64,000 bases of DNA from the NCBI GenBank assembly GCA_900755035.1, contig CAAEEZ010000014.1, forward strand, positions 16,863 through 80,862, written 5' to 3'. Both the position numbers and the translations under genes were made by a program. Position 1 is the stretch's first letter. Each line of letters begins with the position of its first letter. The notes under the pieces were generated by a model. That model was given only the letters and a program-made list of their open reading frames with translations. It ran no database searches and was not told where the DNA came from. Shown piece after piece: positions 61,132 to 64,000 of this stretch. The DNA comes from Clostridia bacterium. Its GTDB lineage: Bacteria; Bacillota; Clostridia; Christensenellales; CAAEEZ01.

Positions 61132-62889
61132 ATGTCAAACTTTCTTTTTTTAGCGGAAACGATTTCAGCTGACAAAGCAATACAAATTTCTATGCTGGTT
61201 ATCTATATTCTTATGATGGTAACCATTGCTTTTATATGTCGTAAAAAAAGTAGTACGCTAGACGATTTTTTCCTAGGTGGTAGAGGACTTGGCGGTTGGA
61301 TGAGTGCATTTTCCTACGGAACTACCTACTTTTCGTCGGTTATTTTTATAGGATATGCAGGAAAGTTTGGTTGGAATATGGGTATTGCCTCTATTTTTAT
61401 AGGTATTGGCAACGCTTTAATCGGCACTTTGCTAGCGTGGAAAATACTTGCTAACCCTACTAGGCTAATGACTAGGCGTCTTGGCGCAGTTACTATGCCG
61501 GACTTCTTTGCAAAGCGTTACGACAGCCCGAAAATGAAAATGGTAGCGTCTATTATCATATTCGTATTTCTAATTCCGTACTCTGCGTCGGTATATCAAG
61601 GGCTAGGATATTTGTTTGAAATGGTGTTTGGTATCGACGTTTTGTGGTGCGTAATTATAATGGCGGTACTTACTGCTTTGTATCTATTTTTCGGCGGATA
61701 TTTTGCTACGTCTTTGTCAGACTTCGTGCAGGGCATAATTATGCTAGTGGGTGTAGTGCTTATGGTATGTTTCACCCTTAATCACCCTAACGTAAATTGG
61801 GCAGAAGGATTTGAAAAACTAACCGAAATGGGATTTGGTTTTAATATATCCACAGAAGGTGGTTGGGACTCTCCCGTATTTAATCTAGTTATTTTGATTT
61901 TGCTTACTTCGTTTGGTATATGGGGGTTGCCACAATCGGTGCATAAATTCTATGCAGTAAAGGATAAAAAAGCGATAAATAAAGCGATGGTGGTGTCTAC
62001 CGTATTTTCGTTATTAGTTGGCGGTGGAGCGTACTTTGTGGGAAGTATGTCGCATTTGTTTTTTGGTAATACCTTGCCACAGGGCGGATACGATACCGTT
62101 ATTCCTATTATGTTGCAACAGGCGTTGCCTGCCGCTTTATTAGGACTAATCGTAGTGCTAGTATTATCGGCAAGTATGAGTACCCTTGCATCTCTTTCCT
62201 TAGCGTCCGGTTCGGCTATTGCCGTAGACCTATACAAAGGCTACGTAAAACCTAACGCAACCGACAAACAAGTAAACGTAAGATTGAAAATGTTATGCGT
62301 ATTGTTTATATTAGTTTCCGTAATACTTGCAGTAACTAACAGCCAAGCCATAGTAGACTTTATGAGTTTATCGTGGGGAACGCTTGCGGGTTGTTTTATA
62401 GGTCCTTACGTATTAGGGCTATATAGCAAAAAAGTAAACAAGTACGGTGCGTGGACTAGTCTTATTATGGGGCTTGTAACTACGTTCGTTTTGGTGTTCG
62501 TGTTCGGCGCAATCTCGCCAAACCCAAATTACGACGGCTTTTTGGCAATTGTAAAAGGTGGAATTAGTAGAAGTCCGTTAATAGGCGTTATATGTATGGC
62601 GCAATCGGTAATAGTTACCTACCTAGTTAGTTTGTTTACTAAAAAGACGGATAAAAAACTATTGGACAAATGCTCTAACGACAGCGAGCAAGAAATAGAG
62701 AACGAAGTAGTGCAAACAAGCGAGAGCGATTGCAAAGAAAACGCAAGTATAGACGGCGAAATAATAGAAGAAGCAAGCAAAACCGTTATAAATGAAAGCG
62801 ATAGAGTACAAGACGGCGTTAACGTTGATTGTTTATTAGCGACTGAAAGCGTAGAAACGGACGAAACTTGCTATATAGATAATCATTAA
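61132..62889 (+). CDS. Sodium:solute symporter (SSS) family transporter with acidic C-terminal extension
   Basis: It has about 13 hydrophobic segments and an SSS-like layout (FFLGGRGLGGWMSAFSYGTTYFS). The last ~80 aa are hydrophilic and acidic. Confidence 0.75.
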   Translation: MSNFLFLAETISADKAIQISMLVIYILMMVTIAFICRKKSSTLDDFFLGGRGLGGWMSAFSYGTTYFSSVIFIGYAGKFGWNMGIASIFIGIGNALIGTLLAWKILANPTRLMTRRLGAVTMPDFFAKRYDSPKMKMVASIIIFVFLIPYSASVYQGLGYLFEMVFGIDVLWCVIIMAVLTALYLFFGGYFATSLSDFVQGIIMLVGVVLMVCFTLNHPNVNWAEGFEKLTEMGFGFNISTEGGWDSPVFNLVILILLTSFGIWGLPQSVHKFYAVKDKKAINKAMVVSTVFSLLVGGGAYFVGSMSHLFFGNTLPQGGYDTVIPIMLQQALPAALLGLIVVLVLSASMSTLASLSLASGSAIAVDLYKGYVKPNATDKQVNVRLKMLCVLFILVSVILAVTNSQAIVDFMSLSWGTLAGCFIGPYVLGLYSKKVNKYGAWTSLIMGLVTTFVLVFVFGAISPNPNYDGFLAIVKGGISRSPLIGVICMAQSVIVTYLVSLFTKKTDKKLLDKCSNDSEQEIENEVVQTSESDCKENASIDGEIIEEASKTVINESDRVQDGVNVDCLLATESVETDETCYIDNH

Positions 62890-62977
62890 ACAGTATTGTC
62901 GTACTAAGGCAAGGCAAAAAAATAAAATTTAACGAAAATTGAATAAAAATTTTTTAATAGTAAATACTTTACACGTT

Positions 62978-63439
62978 ATGCGTAAAGTATTTATTTTTTT
63001 ACTAATTATTTTGGGTTTTTCGCTTGAATTTAGTAGCCCTATAACGACAACCGTTAATCTTACTAGCGCCATAAAAGAGGCGGAGGGGGAAATATATCAA
63101 ACCACGAAAGCGGGCGAAGAGTTTATGAGCGTGTTGGATAAAAAGGTATACAAAGTAAAGGCTTCTACTAGCGAGATAGCAAAGAGAATTAAGGACGAGG
63201 ACGTTGTTGCCGTTACGGTTAGAATAAAAGGGAAATTCAACGACGTAGAGAAGATTTTAAGTAGGTTTGGGGTAAAGATAATAAGTGAACAAAATATTTG
63301 TGAAAAAAAAGTAATTTATGCGTATAGTAAATTTTTTAGCGGGTATAATCTTGCAAGAAATAAAGACCAAAACATTCAAATCGTGGTGCGAGAAAACGAC
63401 GTCGTCGTAGGTATTCCGTTGATTGTTTCTGGATTTTAA
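62978..63439 (+). CDS. Secreted/membrane-anchored hypothetical protein, possibly YwmB (DUF1779)-like
   Basis: I place the start at ATG 62978 (MRKVFIFLLIILGFSL, signal-like). The C-terminal ...NIQIVVRENDVVVGIPLIVSGF resembles the YwmB family ending. This assignment is from memory only. Confidence 0.4.
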   Translation: MRKVFIFLLIILGFSLEFSSPITTTVNLTSAIKEAEGEIYQTTKAGEEFMSVLDKKVYKVKASTSEIAKRIKDEDVVAVTVRIKGKFNDVEKILSRFGVKIISEQNICEKKVIYAYSKFFSGYNLARNKDQNIQIVVRENDVVVGIPLIVSGF

Positions 63440-63448
63440 GGAGGATAT

Positions 63449-64000
63449 ATGAATAACGACAAAAAAGACGAAAAAGCAAAAGGCGGTAAGGTTCTTGCGT
63501 TTATCAAACACAATGCGTATTACTTAATTATGGGCGTATGCCTTATTGCTATTATCACAATGGTTTCTGTGGCTATTGCAGGCGTAAATAACGACGCTGA
63601 CCAAACCATTAAACCGGTAGAGCCTAAGCCAGACGTTCCTACTATCGAAGAAGTAGATATGAATTTTATATTGCCGGTAAAAAATGCTAAGGTTGTAAAC
63701 GGATATAGCGAAAAGGACAAATTATATTATAATCCTATTTTAGAGCAATATTCTTTTCATGCAGGCGTGGATTTTGCTACCACTGAAAAAAGCGCGGTAC
63801 TTGCCGTTCTTGACGGAGAAGTTATCAAGGCTCAAAAGCACAAGATGTACGGCTACGTAATCGAAATTAAGCACGCTAAAAATATTACCACCGTGTATCG
63901 TTCGCTTGAAGATATCAAAGTAAAGGTGGGCGACAAGGTAAAGAAGGGCGACGTAATTGGTTACACTTCTAAAAGCGATATTAGCGAAAGCAACCTAGGT
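63449..64000 (+). CDS. M23/LytM family metallopeptidase-domain membrane protein, N-terminal part (runs off the right edge)
   Basis: It is absent from the ORF track because no stop is reached. ATG 63449 lies behind an AAGGAGG RBS. The hand translation begins MNNDKKDEKAKGGKVLAFIKHNAYYLIMGVCLIAIITMVSVAIAG (a TM segment). It continues through FHAGVDFATTEKSAVLAVLDGEVIKA...ITTVYRSLEDIKVKVGDKVKKGDVIGYT (M23 HxxxD and beta-barrel motifs). Confidence 0.75.
   Translation, partial: MNNDKKDEKAKGGKVLAFIKHNAYYLIMGVCLIAIITMVSVAIAGVNNDADQTIKPVEPKPDVPTIEEVDMNFILPVKNAKVVNGYSEKDKLYYNPILEQYSFHAGVDFATTEKSAVLAVLDGEVIKAQKHKMYGYVIEIKHAKNITTVYRSLEDIKVKVGDKVKKGDVIGYTSKSDISESNLG

Noticed and set aside
868-62977. The longer N-termini suggested by the ORF track for several genes (starts at 868, 21594, 26104, 27939, 29600, 51538, 54459, 54973, 57216, 62939).
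   Set aside because: In each case an internal ATG or GTG sits 5-9 nt downstream of a GGAG-type RBS, and the protein family N-terminus begins there. The upstream extensions read through promoters, RBSs or the preceding gene.
1-64000. I searched for CRISPR arrays, IS elements or transposases, integrases, phage genes, toxin-antitoxin pairs, and tRNA or rRNA genes.
   Set aside because: I saw no regularly spaced short direct repeats and no transposase, integrase or recombinase-like ORFs. I saw no cloverleaf-like or rRNA-like conserved stretches. Apart from the 0-20 kb part, the window is a housekeeping region.

Overview
This 64 kb window looks like chromosome from a low-GC, spore-forming Firmicutes/Clostridia-type bacterium. 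Supporting markers are spmA/spmB, DUF1540, a ybxF-like L7Ae gene, secA-prfB adjacency, a yabB-like methyltransferase next to rsmI, and TGA used as a stop with an RF2 recoding site. I found no rRNA, tRNA, CRISPR array, IS element or phage genes by eye.

Most of the window (about 20-64 kb) is core housekeeping:
- metG, tatD, a TatD-associated radical SAM gene and rsmA.
- A fused ispDF gene.
- rpoB-rpoC-metK-recD2-comFC-secA-prfB-tsaD.
- An L7Ae-like gene, then rpsL-rpsG-fusA-tuf-rpmG-secE-nusG-rplK-rplA-rplJ-rplL.
- rplI, rsmI and further housekeeping genes.

The ribosomal/RNA polymerase gene order is a permutation of the canonical Firmicute order.

The outstanding feature is one uninterrupted 16.8 kb gene (2108..18889) encoding a 5,593-aa predicted lipoprotein.
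- It has its own promoter and terminator.
- The body consists of roughly 13-16 highly diverged tandem modules of about 290 aa. Each ends in an (L/I)Y(V/I)D...KI...(I)DL signature followed by a Gly/Ser/Thr/Ala linker carrying a recurring (S/A)-T-A motif.
- One module carries an inserted CxxC-X16-CxxC zinc-ribbon-like knuckle.
- An in-frame segment of about 1.7 kb has visibly different dinucleotide and codon usage.
- The C-terminal region of about 800 aa looks like beta-sandwich domains.

I cannot place the repeat module in any family I recognise, so this is the best candidate for something undescribed.

Secondary observations:
- Two paralogous multi-pass membrane genes with nearly identical promoters/leaders sit in inverted orientation around the 27 kb housekeeping block.
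- A glycerol-1-phosphate-dehydrogenase-like protein with only one histidine (likely a pseudoenzyme) lies next to a HAD-IIA phosphatase.
- prfB has its programmed +1 frameshift.
- RpoB carries a long Phe-studded polyacidic tail.
- A palindromic operator lies between a TetR gene and a divergent gene.
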